NCBI GenBank assembly: GCA_963766325.1
Contig: CAVXZF010000007.1
Span: forward strand, 1,191,794 to 1,255,793
Reading direction: 5' to 3'
Length of the DNA stretch: 64,000 nt
Origin: an uncultured Actinomycetota bacterium
Lineage (GTDB): Bacteria > Actinomycetota > Actinomycetes > Mycobacteriales > CADCTP01
The notes beneath the pieces were generated by a model. It made no database searches. It was not told the origin of the DNA and worked only from the letters and a program-made list of their open reading frames with translations. The position numbers and the translations under genes were made by a program. Shown here one piece after another: positions 47,470-56,143 of the stretch (its first letter is position 1; the number at the start of each line of letters is the position of its first letter).

Positions 47470-48369
47470 CTAGCTCGGGCGCCCGTCGACGACAGGGACC
47501 TTCGTCACCGCGCTGCCGAGCAGCCGGTGCACCCGGCCGAGCACCACCGGGTCGCCGGAGCCGGCCCGCAGCACCCGGTCCGCGCGGCCGCCGTTGACCG
47601 CGACCGTGATGGCCCGGAACGAGTCCTCGCAGACCACCGTCCGCCCCGGCGCCACCTCGCCGAAGGCGAGCGCGAACGGCACCTCCAGGGTCCGCCCGCC
47701 GCAGCGCAGCTCGAGCACATCGCCGAGCTGGATGCCGGCCGCCTCCAGGTCCGACCGGCGGACGTTGAGGGCGAGGTTGCCGAAGTGGTCGATCATCCGG
47801 ATCGCGCCGTGCACGTGGTCGCCGTGCACCGACGGCACGTGCGTCTCCACCTGCACGAGCGAGCCGACCGGCACCGCCGGGCCGACCTCGGTCAGCGGCC
47901 GACCGGTGGCCAGGTGGGCGGCGACCGGCGCGAAGATGTCGCGGCCGCGGAAGCTGCGGGCCGGGTTCGTCGCCCACAGCTCGCGGTTGGCCAGCTCGTA
48001 CGCCTCCACCGCGCCGCCGGCGACCTCCCAGCCGCGGGAGGCCACCCCGTTGTCCGGGGAGACGAAGACCGAGCCGTCCGCGCAGCGCACCGCCACGCCC
48101 CGCGCATTGGTGGCCTTGAACGGGTCGACCAGCGCGAGGTGCACGCCCACCGGCAGGTAGGGCACGGCCTCGGCCAGCATGGTGGCGCCGATCCCGACGT
48201 CCTGCGGCTTGACCTGGTGGCAGATGTCGATGATCCGCACGTGCGGCGCTATGCGCGCGATCACGCCCTTGCAGACTCCGACCAGGTGGTCGTCGAGACC
48301 GTAGTCGGAGAGGAACGTGATCCAGTCCCGACGATCCGACGACGTTGTCGGCACTGGCGGGTCAGCCAT
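47470..48369 (-). CDS. SAM hydrolase / SAM-dependent halogenase-family protein (DUF62)
   Basis: ITFLSDYGLDDHLVGVCKGVI, SFRGRDIFAPVAAHLA and IDHFGNL are DUF62 signatures. Confidence 0.85.
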   Translation of the reverse strand: MADPPVPTTSSDRRDWITFLSDYGLDDHLVGVCKGVIARIAPHVRIIDICHQVKPQDVGIGATMLAEAVPYLPVGVHLALVDPFKATNARGVAVRCADGSVFVSPDNGVASRGWEVAGGAVEAYELANRELWATNPARSFRGRDIFAPVAAHLATGRPLTEVGPAVPVGSLVQVETHVPSVHGDHVHGAIRMIDHFGNLALNVRRSDLEAAGIQLGDVLELRCGGRTLEVPFALAFGEVAPGRTVVCEDSFRAITVAVNGGRADRVLRAGSGDPVVLGRVHRLLGSAVTKVPVVDGRPS

Positions 48370-48379
48370 GGTCCGGCCG

Positions 48380-48478
48380 CTACTTCTTGTTGCGCCGCTG
48401 CACCCGCGTGCGCTTCAGCAGCTTGCGGTGCTTCTTCTTCGCCATGCGCTTGCGGCGCTTCTTGATGACCGAACCCAT
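48380..48478 (-). CDS. 30S ribosomal protein bS22 (32 aa, absent from the ORF track)
   Basis: Translates to [32 protein letters not shown], the highly conserved actinobacterial bS22 sequence. It lies downstream of the excisionase-like HTH gene, as in mycobacteria. Confidence 0.88.
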   Translation of the reverse strand: MGSVIKKRRKRMAKKKHRKLLKRTRVQRRNKK

Positions 48479-48523
48479 GCCGGCAGCCTACGCGACCGCC
48501 GGCGGCGAGCCGCACCCGGGAGA

Positions 48524-48733
48524 TCAGCCGGTGGCGAAGTAGGCGTCGCGGAGGTAGTCGTGCACCGCCTTCTCCGGGACCCGGAACGACCGGCCGACCC
48601 GGACCGCGGTCAGCTCGCCGGAGTGGACGAGCCGGTAGACGGTCATCTTGGACACGCGCATCAGCGCGGCGACCTCGGCCACCGTCAGGAACTTCACCTG
48701 CGCCAGCGGGGCGTCGGGCGGCTGTGCGGACAT
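48524..48733 (-). CDS. Excisionase-family helix-turn-helix DNA-binding protein
   Basis: 69 aa. FLTVAEVAALMRVSKMTVYRLVHSGELTAVRVGRSFRVPE is the conserved actinobacterial HTH_17 protein that precedes bS22. Confidence 0.87.
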   Translation of the reverse strand: MSAQPPDAPLAQVKFLTVAEVAALMRVSKMTVYRLVHSGELTAVRVGRSFRVPEKAVHDYLRDAYFATG

Positions 48734-48861
48734 GCGTCACCAGACCTAGGCACGTGTCGCGGCGCCGGCTTCCCCTCCGGCGACGACGGACACGCACGTG
48801 CTGAAGCGAGAGTAGCGGTACTGCTGGGACTGGTGCGAACTGCCGTCACCTCATCTCCCCT

Positions 48862-48952
48862 GCTCGGCTCCGGGCTCGCTCCGCTCCTCGGCCCTCCCCT
48901 CCCCCCCCTCACTCTGCCCACGGCTCGGCTCCGGGCTCGCTCCGCTCCTCGG
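48862..48952. repeat. Perfect 30-nt direct repeat (61-nt period) in the permease / HTH-bS22 intergenic region
   Basis: GCTCGGCTCCGGGCTCGCTCCGCTCCTCGG occurs at 48862-48891 and 48923-48952. The minus-strand reading CCGAGGAGCGGAGCGAGC resembles the tail-plus-head junction of the MIRU-like element. A 7-bp hairpin GGGCGCC/GGCGCCC sits at 48951-48967. Confidence 0.75.
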
Positions 48953-48991
48953 GCGCCTGGGGCGCCCTGCGATGCTCACTCGCCCGTCACC

Positions 48992-50182
48992 TCACTCCGT
49001 ACGCAGCGCGGTCACCGGGTCGAGCCGGCCGGCCCGCCGGGCGGGCGCCACCCCGAAGAACACCCCGACCGCGACCGAGACCCCGAAGGCGAGCAGCACC
49101 GACCACCAGGCCACCACCGCCGGCAGCGGCGACACCTGGTTGACCAGCAGCGCCACTCCGACCCCGAGCCCGATACCGAGAACCCCGCCGATGGTGGTGA
49201 GCAGCACCGCCTCGATCAGGAACTGCACCAGCACGTCCCGCTGCCGGGCCCCGACCGCCTTGCGCAGCCCGATCTCCCGGGTCCGCTCCCGCACGCTGAC
49301 CAGCATGATGTTGGTGATCCCGACGCCGCCGACCAGCAGGCTGATCCCGGCGATGGCGGCCAGCACCAGGGTGAGCAGGCCGAGGATGCGGCCCACCACG
49401 CCGAGGATCTGTTCCTGGGTGACCGCGGAGAAGCGCTCGCCCGGATAGCGGTCCTCCAGGGTGGCCACGATCCGGGTGCCGAGCGCGTCGATCCGCTCCA
49501 GGTCCGGCGCCTTGACCGCGAGGCCGTCCACCCGCTGGGTGCCGAGCAGCCGCTGCGCGGCGGTGATCGGGATGTAGACGGTGAAGTCCGGGTCGGCGCC
49601 GGCCAGCGAGGAGGAGCCGGTCCGCTGCAGCACTCCGATCACCCGGAAGCGCACCCCGGCGATGGTCACCTGCCGGCCGACCGCGTCACGGTCGCCGAAG
49701 AGCGTGCCGGCCGCGGACGCGCCCAGCACCACCACCCGGCGGCGGGTGTCCACGTCCGACCGCCGCAGGAACTCGCCGCGGGCCAGCGGGCGGGTGAAGA
49801 CCTCCGGCACCGTCTCGGTGACCCCCTGCACGGTGGCGAACAGCTCGTTGCTGCCGGCCCGCAACGTCTCCCCGCTGGTGACGGTGGCGGCCACCCGCTG
49901 GCGGTCGCCGACCACCCGACCGATCTCGTCGACGTCGGCCAGCGTCAGCCGGGACGAGGTGGGCGCGCTGCCGAAGCTGATCTCCCCCGGCACCACCAGC
50001 AGCAGGTTGCTGCCCAGGCCCTGCACCTGCGACTCGACGTACTGCTTGGCGCCGGTGCCGATGGCGACGAGCATGACCACCGCGGAGACGCCGATGATCA
50101 CGCCGAGCATGGTGAGCACGCTGCGCAGGCGGTTCGCCCGCAGGGCGGTCACCGCGACCCGCCAGGCCTCCCCCAACCTCAC
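48992..50182 (-). CDS. ABC transporter permease, MacB/FtsX type
   Basis: N-terminal TM helix, a MacB periplasmic core domain, and a C-terminal FtsX 3-TM bundle (ITNIMLVSVRERTREIGLRKAVGA). GTG at 50182 with GGTGGAG upstream. Confidence 0.9.
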   Translation of the reverse strand: MRLGEAWRVAVTALRANRLRSVLTMLGVIIGVSAVVMLVAIGTGAKQYVESQVQGLGSNLLLVVPGEISFGSAPTSSRLTLADVDEIGRVVGDRQRVAATVTSGETLRAGSNELFATVQGVTETVPEVFTRPLARGEFLRRSDVDTRRRVVVLGASAAGTLFGDRDAVGRQVTIAGVRFRVIGVLQRTGSSSLAGADPDFTVYIPITAAQRLLGTQRVDGLAVKAPDLERIDALGTRIVATLEDRYPGERFSAVTQEQILGVVGRILGLLTLVLAAIAGISLLVGGVGITNIMLVSVRERTREIGLRKAVGARQRDVLVQFLIEAVLLTTIGGVLGIGLGVGVALLVNQVSPLPAVVAWWSVLLAFGVSVAVGVFFGVAPARRAGRLDPVTALRTE

Positions 50183-50296
50183 GGCTCCACCAGCCTCACA
50201 GCTCCGCCCGCTTCTCGAACAGCCCACCAGGCGCAAGCGCCGGGCGGTCGGCCCTCGTCGCTCCCCGCTCGCGCTGCGAGCCCTCGCGCTCGCTCT
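50183..50296 (-). repeat. MIRU-like intercistronic repeat, copy B, read through as the C-terminal tail of the ABC ATPase
   Basis: 50245-50296 matches copy A 49/52. The position equivalent to the upstream-gene TGA reads AGA here, so the ATPase ORF continues as ...SEREGSQRERGATRADRPALAPGGLFEKRAEL to a TGA at 50198-50196. The tail block is diverged (13/16). Confidence 0.7.
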
Positions 50297-50987
50297 CGGA
50301 CTCGCTCTCAACGAGACCGTCGCGCATGCGGAGCTGGCGGTGCGCCCGGGCGGCCAGCTCCAGGTCGTGGGTGACCACCACCAGGGCCACCCCGCGGTCC
50401 GCGTTCAGCTCCTCCAGCAGCGTCATCACCTCGGCGCCCCGCCGGGTGTCGAGGTTGCCGGTCGGCTCGTCGGCGAGGATCACCTGCGGGTCGCCGACCA
50501 GCGCCCGGGCGATCGCCACCCGCTGCTGCTCGCCGCCGGAGAGCTGGTTGGGCAGGTGGGTCAGCCGGTGGCCCATGCCGACCGCCCGCAGCGCCTCCTC
50601 GGCCCGCCGGCGCCGCTCGCCCTTGCGGACGCTCCGGTAGACCAGCGGCATCGCCACGTTGTCCACCGCGGACGTACGGGGCAGCAGCTGGAAGGCCTGG
50701 AAGACGAAGCCGATGGTCTCGTTGCGGGCCCGGGCCAGGTCGTCCTGGCTCAGCGAGGCCACGTCCCGGCCGCCGACCCGCAGCGTGCCGGTGGACGGCC
50801 GGTCCAGCGCGCCGAGCAGGTGCATCAGCGTCGACTTGCCCGACCCGGACGGCCCGACCACGGCGACGTAGTCACCCGGCACCACCGCGACCGACACCCC
50901 GCGCAGCGCCTCCACCGAGACGCCCTCCAGCTCGTACGTCCGGGTCACGTCGACCGCCTCGAGCGCGGGCGCCGCGATGCGGGCCAT
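50196..50987 (-). CDS. ABC transporter ATP-binding protein (MacB-type ATPase subunit)
   Basis: Walker A GPSGSGKST, Q-loop, signature LSGGEQQR, Walker B ILADEPT, H-loop VVTHD. ATG at 50987. The last ~40 aa derive from the repeat element. Confidence 0.9.
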   Translation of the reverse strand: MARIAAPALEAVDVTRTYELEGVSVEALRGVSVAVVPGDYVAVVGPSGSGKSTLMHLLGALDRPSTGTLRVGGRDVASLSQDDLARARNETIGFVFQAFQLLPRTSAVDNVAMPLVYRSVRKGERRRRAEEALRAVGMGHRLTHLPNQLSGGEQQRVAIARALVGDPQVILADEPTGNLDTRRGAEVMTLLEELNADRGVALVVVTHDLELAARAHRQLRMRDGLVESESESEREGSQRERGATRADRPALAPGGLFEKRAEL

Positions 50988-51004
50988 CGGGGGCTCAGTG
51001 GCGG

Positions 51005-52366
51005 TCAGGGCAGCTCCTGACCCTCCTGGACCTGGTCGGCGCCGCGGACCACCACCCGGTCCCCCTCCTCGACGCCGTCCCGGACCTCGATCGCGTCCTC
51101 GCCCTGGGTGCCCACCGTGACGATCCGCTTGCGGGCCACCCGGCCGTCCTGCACCCACACCGCGTCCTGGTCGCCGTCCCGGACCACCGCCGACGCCGGC
51201 ACCGTGACCGCGTCCCGGGCCGTACGGACCTGCAGGTCGGCGACCGCGCTCATGCCCGGCCGGGGCTTCGGTGCCGGGTCGCCGTCGGCCAGCGTGCCGG
51301 CGGCCAGCTCGAGCCGGACCCGGTAGCTCACCCCGCCGCGCGCCGACGAGGTCGGCGAGAGGTCGACGGCGGCCACGGTCGCCGCGTACTGCGCGCCCGG
51401 GACCGCGTCCAGCTCGGCCACCGCCTTGATCCCGCGGCGGATCAGGAAGACGTCGGTCTCGTCCACCTCGGCGACCAGCGAGAGCACCGAGTCGTCCACG
51501 ATGGTGGCCAGCGGCATGCCCGGGTTGACCGGCATCCCCGCGGTCACCGGCCCGACCGTCTGCACCGCCGGGCCGCCGGACGTCGTCCCGCCGCCGAGCA
51601 CCGAGGACGCCTGCTCCTGCACGTCGGCCGGCAGCTGGCCGAGCACCGAGTCGAGCCCGCCGGTGTCGCCGGACCCGCCGCTCGCCGCGCTCCCGCCCAG
51701 CTGCACGGTGCCGCCGATCGGGGCCCGCACGTCCAGCGCCCGCACCGCCCGCTCGGCCGCGTTGACCGCGGCCCGCGCCTGCACCTGCTGGGCGGCCGTC
51801 AGCGAGGCCAGCGCAGCGGACAGGTCACCGATGCCGGAGTTGATCGCGGCCACCGCCGAGCGGGCCTGCGCGGCGGCCAGCGCGTACTGCCGCTCGGCCG
51901 TCGCCACCTGGGTCAGCGCGGCCGCGCGCAGCCGCAGGTCCGGGATCTGCTCGGCCGCCTTGCGAGCGCCGGCGAACGCGCCGCGCGCCGCGGTGTCCGC
52001 CTCGCTCAGCGGGCCGCCGGAGACGTACGCCGGCGCACCCGGCCCGGCCGACTCGGCCTGCGCCAGCGCGGCCCGCGCCTGGGTGAGCCGGCCGGTGGTC
52101 TCCGGCGAGGAGATCCGGGCGACCAGCGTGCCGGCACCCACCTGCTCGCCGTCCTTGACGTACAGCTTCGCGACCTCGCCGCTGGCTGGCGCGGTCAGCG
52201 TGGCGGTGGCCCGGGCCTGCACGGTGGCCGGCGCCTCCACGACTTCGGTGATGGTCGACCGGCCGGCGGCGGCCAGCTCGACCTCGGTGTCCTCGCCGGT
52301 GCACCCGGTCAGCACGACGGCGGCCACGGCGACCGCCGCGGTGGCCCCCTTGTGCGGCAGCCTCAC
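51005..52366 (-). CDS. Efflux transporter periplasmic adaptor (membrane-fusion protein, HlyD/MacA-like) lipoprotein
   Basis: Lipobox AVVLTGCTG. Lipoyl/biotinyl-like hairpin, a long Ala-rich coiled coil, and beta-barrel segments. First gene of the MFP-ATPase-permease operon. Confidence 0.85.
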   Translation of the reverse strand: MRLPHKGATAAVAVAAVVLTGCTGEDTEVELAAAGRSTITEVVEAPATVQARATATLTAPASGEVAKLYVKDGEQVGAGTLVARISSPETTGRLTQARAALAQAESAGPGAPAYVSGGPLSEADTAARGAFAGARKAAEQIPDLRLRAAALTQVATAERQYALAAAQARSAVAAINSGIGDLSAALASLTAAQQVQARAAVNAAERAVRALDVRAPIGGTVQLGGSAASGGSGDTGGLDSVLGQLPADVQEQASSVLGGGTTSGGPAVQTVGPVTAGMPVNPGMPLATIVDDSVLSLVAEVDETDVFLIRRGIKAVAELDAVPGAQYAATVAAVDLSPTSSARGGVSYRVRLELAAGTLADGDPAPKPRPGMSAVADLQVRTARDAVTVPASAVVRDGDQDAVWVQDGRVARKRIVTVGTQGEDAIEVRDGVEEGDRVVVRGADQVQEGQELP

Positions 52367-52438
52367 CCACTCATCCTAGGAGTGCCCCGCCACCCGGCCC
52401 GCCCGCCGTCTCAGCCCCTCCTCAGCCGCACTCCACCG

Positions 52439-53485
52439 TCAGCGCGGTGCGACGTGTGCAGACCATTGCGCCCCGTCCCACCAGCGCCATTGCGTGGGCA
52501 CGGCGGGGTCGACGTACCAGCCGGCTGCCGGTAGAGCCATCGTGGCCGGCAGTGCAGGCTCCGGTGCTGTCGAACGTCCTACCGGCTCCGCGTCGACGTC
52601 CTGCCGGCGACCGTCACGAACCTGATCGACCTGCGGACCGGAGCCACCCGCTCGTTGCACCGGCTCGTCGAACCAGTCAGCCGCCAATTCCCCGGAGCGC
52701 TGACAGTGCAGCACCACGTCGGCCTTGAGCCGATTGCCCTTGACCAGCGCTCGAGTCACCGTGGCCGCACCGCGGCCAGCGAGATGCTGAATGGCCGGAA
52801 GCAGCTCGCCGCTCATCTTTGGCGTGAGCTGGCCGACACGCTCACCTCGGATGCGAACCTCGACGACGGTCTTGGAGGTGCGGGCGCCGATTTCCACCAA
52901 CTGGTGGAGCGTCGCGTGGACCCAGCACTCGCCCTCGGCTGGCAGCAGCGACGCGAGTGCCGGCAGGTGCTTTTCCTCGCCCGAGACCTGAATCGCACCG
53001 CCGGGCGGCAGCATTACGTGCGGCTCGTCCGGTGGCCGGGTGGACGGTCCGAGCAGGTGCGGCTCGGGCAGGCACAGCTGGACCGAGCCGACCACCGAAG
53101 TGTCGTGACGGCTGCGACGTTCGTCCCAGTCCTCGCGCTGGCCCACCCACACCCGTGCTCCCGTCGTCGGCGCCCAGCCCGCGTCCGTCATGGCCGTGAG
53201 CGCCGGTGCATACCTGGCTGCGTCTGCCCGCGGCAGATAGCCGACGACACGGCCCTCACAGAGCACCGCGACCGCGTTGGCGTCGTACCGGTTGTCCGGC
53301 TCGGGACAAAGCACCGCCGTCGTCCATGACTCCACCCCGCCCGGCGGCAGTGCGCCGGGGACGAGGCTCCGGATCGCGTCGACGTAGTTGCTCTCCCCGG
53401 CCACCTCCTGGTTCGCCCATGACGCCTGTCGAAGCCACAGCTCGAAGGGCTCGCCCTCCACCAGCACCGCGCGCGTCCGCGCCAC
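52439..53485 (-). CDS. HIRAN-domain protein (apparently two HIRAN-like modules) with a C-terminal DUF2510 (GWY..P..WRWWDG) module
   Basis: N-terminus VAGESNY...EPDNRYDANAVAV...GRVVGYLPR fits HIRAN. The middle VSGEEKH...VVEVRIRGERVGQLT repeats the pattern. C-terminus GWYVDPAVPTQWRWWDGAQWSAHV. By hand count ~68 of 348 codons end in A/T, clearly more than in neighbouring genes. Confidence 0.78.
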   Translation of the reverse strand: MARTRAVLVEGEPFELWLRQASWANQEVAGESNYVDAIRSLVPGALPPGGVESWTTAVLCPEPDNRYDANAVAVLCEGRVVGYLPRADAARYAPALTAMTDAGWAPTTGARVWVGQREDWDERRSRHDTSVVGSVQLCLPEPHLLGPSTRPPDEPHVMLPPGGAIQVSGEEKHLPALASLLPAEGECWVHATLHQLVEIGARTSKTVVEVRIRGERVGQLTPKMSGELLPAIQHLAGRGAATVTRALVKGNRLKADVVLHCQRSGELAADWFDEPVQRAGGSGPQVDQVRDGRRQDVDAEPVGRSTAPEPALPATMALPAAGWYVDPAVPTQWRWWDGAQWSAHVAPR

Positions 53486-53576
53486 CGCGTCCCCCTCGCC
53501 ACTGACGACTGCTCAGAGCTGGGACAGCGAACCACGAATGCCATCGTTGCGCCGGCACTTCTGGGGACTCGACGCT

Positions 53577-54380
53577 CTATTCGTGCAGGCGGCCGAGCTC
53601 GGCGGAGCGGTCGCGGGCCGCCTCGATCGCGGCCAGCAGGGCGGCGCGGACGCCGTGCTTCTCCAGCTCGCGGATCGCGTTGATGGTCGTGCCGGCCGGC
53701 GAGGTCACCGCCTCGCGCAGCTTGACCGGGTGCTCGCCGGTGTCGCGCAGCATCACCGCCGCGCCGAGCGCGGTCTGCACCAGCAGCTCCGCCGCCACCG
53801 CCCGGGGCAGCCCGAGCAGGATGCCGGCGTCGGTCATCGCCTCGACCAGGTAGTAGATGTACGCCGGGCCGCTGCCGGACAGCGCGGTCACCGCGTCCTG
53901 CTGCGACTCCGGCACCCGGATCACCTTGCCGACCGGGGACAGCAGCTCCTCCGCCAGCCGCAGGTGCCGCTCGGCCGCGTGCGAGCCCGCCGACAGCGCG
54001 CTCATCGCCTCGTCCACCAGCACCGGCGTGTTGGTCATCACCCGCACCACCGGGGTGCCGGGCGCCAGCCGCCGCTCGTAGAAGGAGGTCGGGATGCCGG
54101 CGGCCAGCGACACCACCAGCGTCTCCTTGGCCACGTGCGGCGCCAGCTCCTCCACCAGCCCGTCGATGTCCTGCGGCTTCACCGTCACCAGCAGCACGTC
54201 GGAGCCGCCGGCCTCGGCCGCGGACACCGCCCGCACGCCGTACCGCTCCTCCAGCTGCTTGCCCCGCTCCGGCCGCCGCACCAGCACGACCAGGTCGTCG
54301 GTGGACCGGCCGGCCCGCAGCATGCCGGACAGCAGCGCCTCGCCCAGCTTGCCTGCCCCCAGGACCGCGAGCCGCGTCAC
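53577..54380 (-). CDS. proC: Pyrroline-5-carboxylate reductase
   Basis: LAVLGAGKLGEALLSG Rossmann motif and the C-terminal SPAGTT motif. GTG at 54380 in a GTGA overlap with the proline dehydrogenase gene. Confidence 0.92.
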   Translation of the reverse strand: MTRLAVLGAGKLGEALLSGMLRAGRSTDDLVVLVRRPERGKQLEERYGVRAVSAAEAGGSDVLLVTVKPQDIDGLVEELAPHVAKETLVVSLAAGIPTSFYERRLAPGTPVVRVMTNTPVLVDEAMSALSAGSHAAERHLRLAEELLSPVGKVIRVPESQQDAVTALSGSGPAYIYYLVEAMTDAGILLGLPRAVAAELLVQTALGAAVMLRDTGEHPVKLREAVTSPAGTTINAIRELEKHGVRAALLAAIEAARDRSAELGRLHE

Positions 54381-55303
54381 GAGCGGGTCGCCAGCGACCG
54401 CAGGAAGAAGGCCACGTTCGCCGGCCGCTCGGCCAGCCGGCGCATGAAGTAGCCGTACCAGTCCGTCCCGTACGGCAGGTAGACCCGGACCGTGTTGCCG
54501 GCCTCGACCAGCCGGCGCTGCTCCAGCGGGCGGATCCCGTACAGCATCTGGAACTCGTACGAGTCCGGCTTGCGGTCGTGCCGGTCGATCAGGTCGGTGG
54601 CGATGGCGACCAGCCGCGGGTCGTGGGTGGCCACCATCGGGTAGCCCTCGCCGGCCATCAGCACCGACAGGCACCGCACGTACGACAGGTCGACCTCCTG
54701 CCGGTCCTGGAAGGCGACCGTCTCGGGCTCGTCGTACGCCCCCTTGCAGAGCCGGACCCGGGACCCGGCGGTGGCCAGGTCACGGCAGTCGGACTCGGTG
54801 CGGCGCAGGTAGGACTGGAGCACCGCGCCGGTCGCCGGGAAGTCCCGGCGCACCACGCGCAGGATCCGCAGGGTCGAGTCGGTGGTGGTGTGGTCCTCCA
54901 TGTCGAGCGTGACCGTGGTCCCGGCCCGCTCGGCCGCCGCGCAGATCAGGTGCGCGTGGTCCAGCGCGATCCGCTCGCCGTCGCCGGGCAGCGCCTGGCC
55001 GACCGCGGACAGCTTGAGGCTCACCTCCGCGGCCGGGGTCAGCCCCTCGTCGGCGAGCCGCTCCAGGATTGCGAGGTATGCCTTTGCCGCCGCGGCCGCC
55101 TGCTCCTGGTCGGTGGTGTCCTCCCCGAGATGGTCGAGGCTCACCTGCAGGCCGTCCGCCACCAGCCGGCGGGTCACCGCGACGGCGTCGTCGGCCCCCT
55201 CACCAGGGATGAAGCGCTTGACCACGCTGCGCGTGATCGGCGCGCCGGCGACCAGCTGCTTGAACCGGGAGTTTCGCGACGCTGCGAGAATCACCGATCG
55301 CAT
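54377..55303 (-). CDS. Proline dehydrogenase (monofunctional PRODH)
   Basis: 308-aa TIM-barrel PRODH pattern (SLDHLGE..., CKGAY, YEFQMLYG, RVYLPYG..WYGYFMRRLAERPAN). Confidence 0.9.
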   Translation of the reverse strand: MRSVILAASRNSRFKQLVAGAPITRSVVKRFIPGEGADDAVAVTRRLVADGLQVSLDHLGEDTTDQEQAAAAAKAYLAILERLADEGLTPAAEVSLKLSAVGQALPGDGERIALDHAHLICAAAERAGTTVTLDMEDHTTTDSTLRILRVVRRDFPATGAVLQSYLRRTESDCRDLATAGSRVRLCKGAYDEPETVAFQDRQEVDLSYVRCLSVLMAGEGYPMVATHDPRLVAIATDLIDRHDRKPDSYEFQMLYGIRPLEQRRLVEAGNTVRVYLPYGTDWYGYFMRRLAERPANVAFFLRSLATRS

Positions 55304-55307
55304 GCGC

Positions 55308-56129
55308 TCAGCCTACGGGCTGCGCCGTCGCCACCAGATGGAGCCGGGTGAAGGCGAGCGCCTCGGCCAGGTCCGCCTCCCGTTCCTCGCGCCCGGAGGC
55401 GCGCCGGGTGTTGACCTCGACCACCACCGAGCCGCCGAAGCCGCGGGCGGCCAGCCGCTCCAGCAGCTCGCCGCACGGCTGGGTGCCGCGGCCCGGCACC
55501 AGGTGCTCGTCCTTGGCCGCGCCCGAGCCGTCGGCGATGTGCACGTGCGCGAGCCGGCGGCCCATCGTGTCCATCAGCTCGATCGGGTCCGAGTGGGAGG
55601 TGGCGGTGTGGCTCAGGTCCAGCGTGTACGCCCCGTGGGGCTCGACCGTCGGGTCCCAGTCGGGCGCGTACGCGGAGACCTCGCGGCCGCGCACCCGCAG
55701 CGGGAACATGTTTTCCACCGCGAACCGGATCGGGGTCTCCTCGGCCATCCGCTCGATCCCGCGGCGGAACCCGCGCGCGTAGTCCCGCTGCCAGCGGAAC
55801 GGCGGGTGCACGACCACGGTGTCCGCGCCCAGCCGCTCGGCCGCCGCCCGGGCCCGCTCCAGCTTGACCCACGGCTCGGTGCCCCAGACCCGCTGGGTGA
55901 TCACCAGGCAGGGCGCGTGCACGGCCAGGATCGGCACCCCGTGGTAGTCCGACAGCCGCCGCAGCGCCTCCGGGTCCTGGCTGACGGGGTCGGTCCACAC
56001 CATGACCTCGACCCCGTCGTAGCCCAGCCGGGCCGCGATCTCGAACGCCGACGCGGTGCTCTCCGGGTAGACCGACGCGGTCGACAGACCCACCCGCGCC
56101 CGCGGGACGGTCACCGGTGTGCTGTTCAC
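55308..56129 (-). CDS. Sugar phosphate isomerase/epimerase (xylose-isomerase-like TIM barrel) family protein
   Basis: AP_endonuc_2-type pattern (GYDGVEV, AVHAP, VVHPP, AVENM, HIAD). GTG at 56129. The 366-aa track ORF is over-extended. Confidence 0.85.
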   Translation of the reverse strand: MNSTPVTVPRARVGLSTASVYPESTASAFEIAARLGYDGVEVMVWTDPVSQDPEALRRLSDYHGVPILAVHAPCLVITQRVWGTEPWVKLERARAAAERLGADTVVVHPPFRWQRDYARGFRRGIERMAEETPIRFAVENMFPLRVRGREVSAYAPDWDPTVEPHGAYTLDLSHTATSHSDPIELMDTMGRRLAHVHIADGSGAAKDEHLVPGRGTQPCGELLERLAARGFGGSVVVEVNTRRASGREEREADLAEALAFTRLHLVATAQPVG

Positions 56130-56143
56130 TGCCCCCAGGATAG

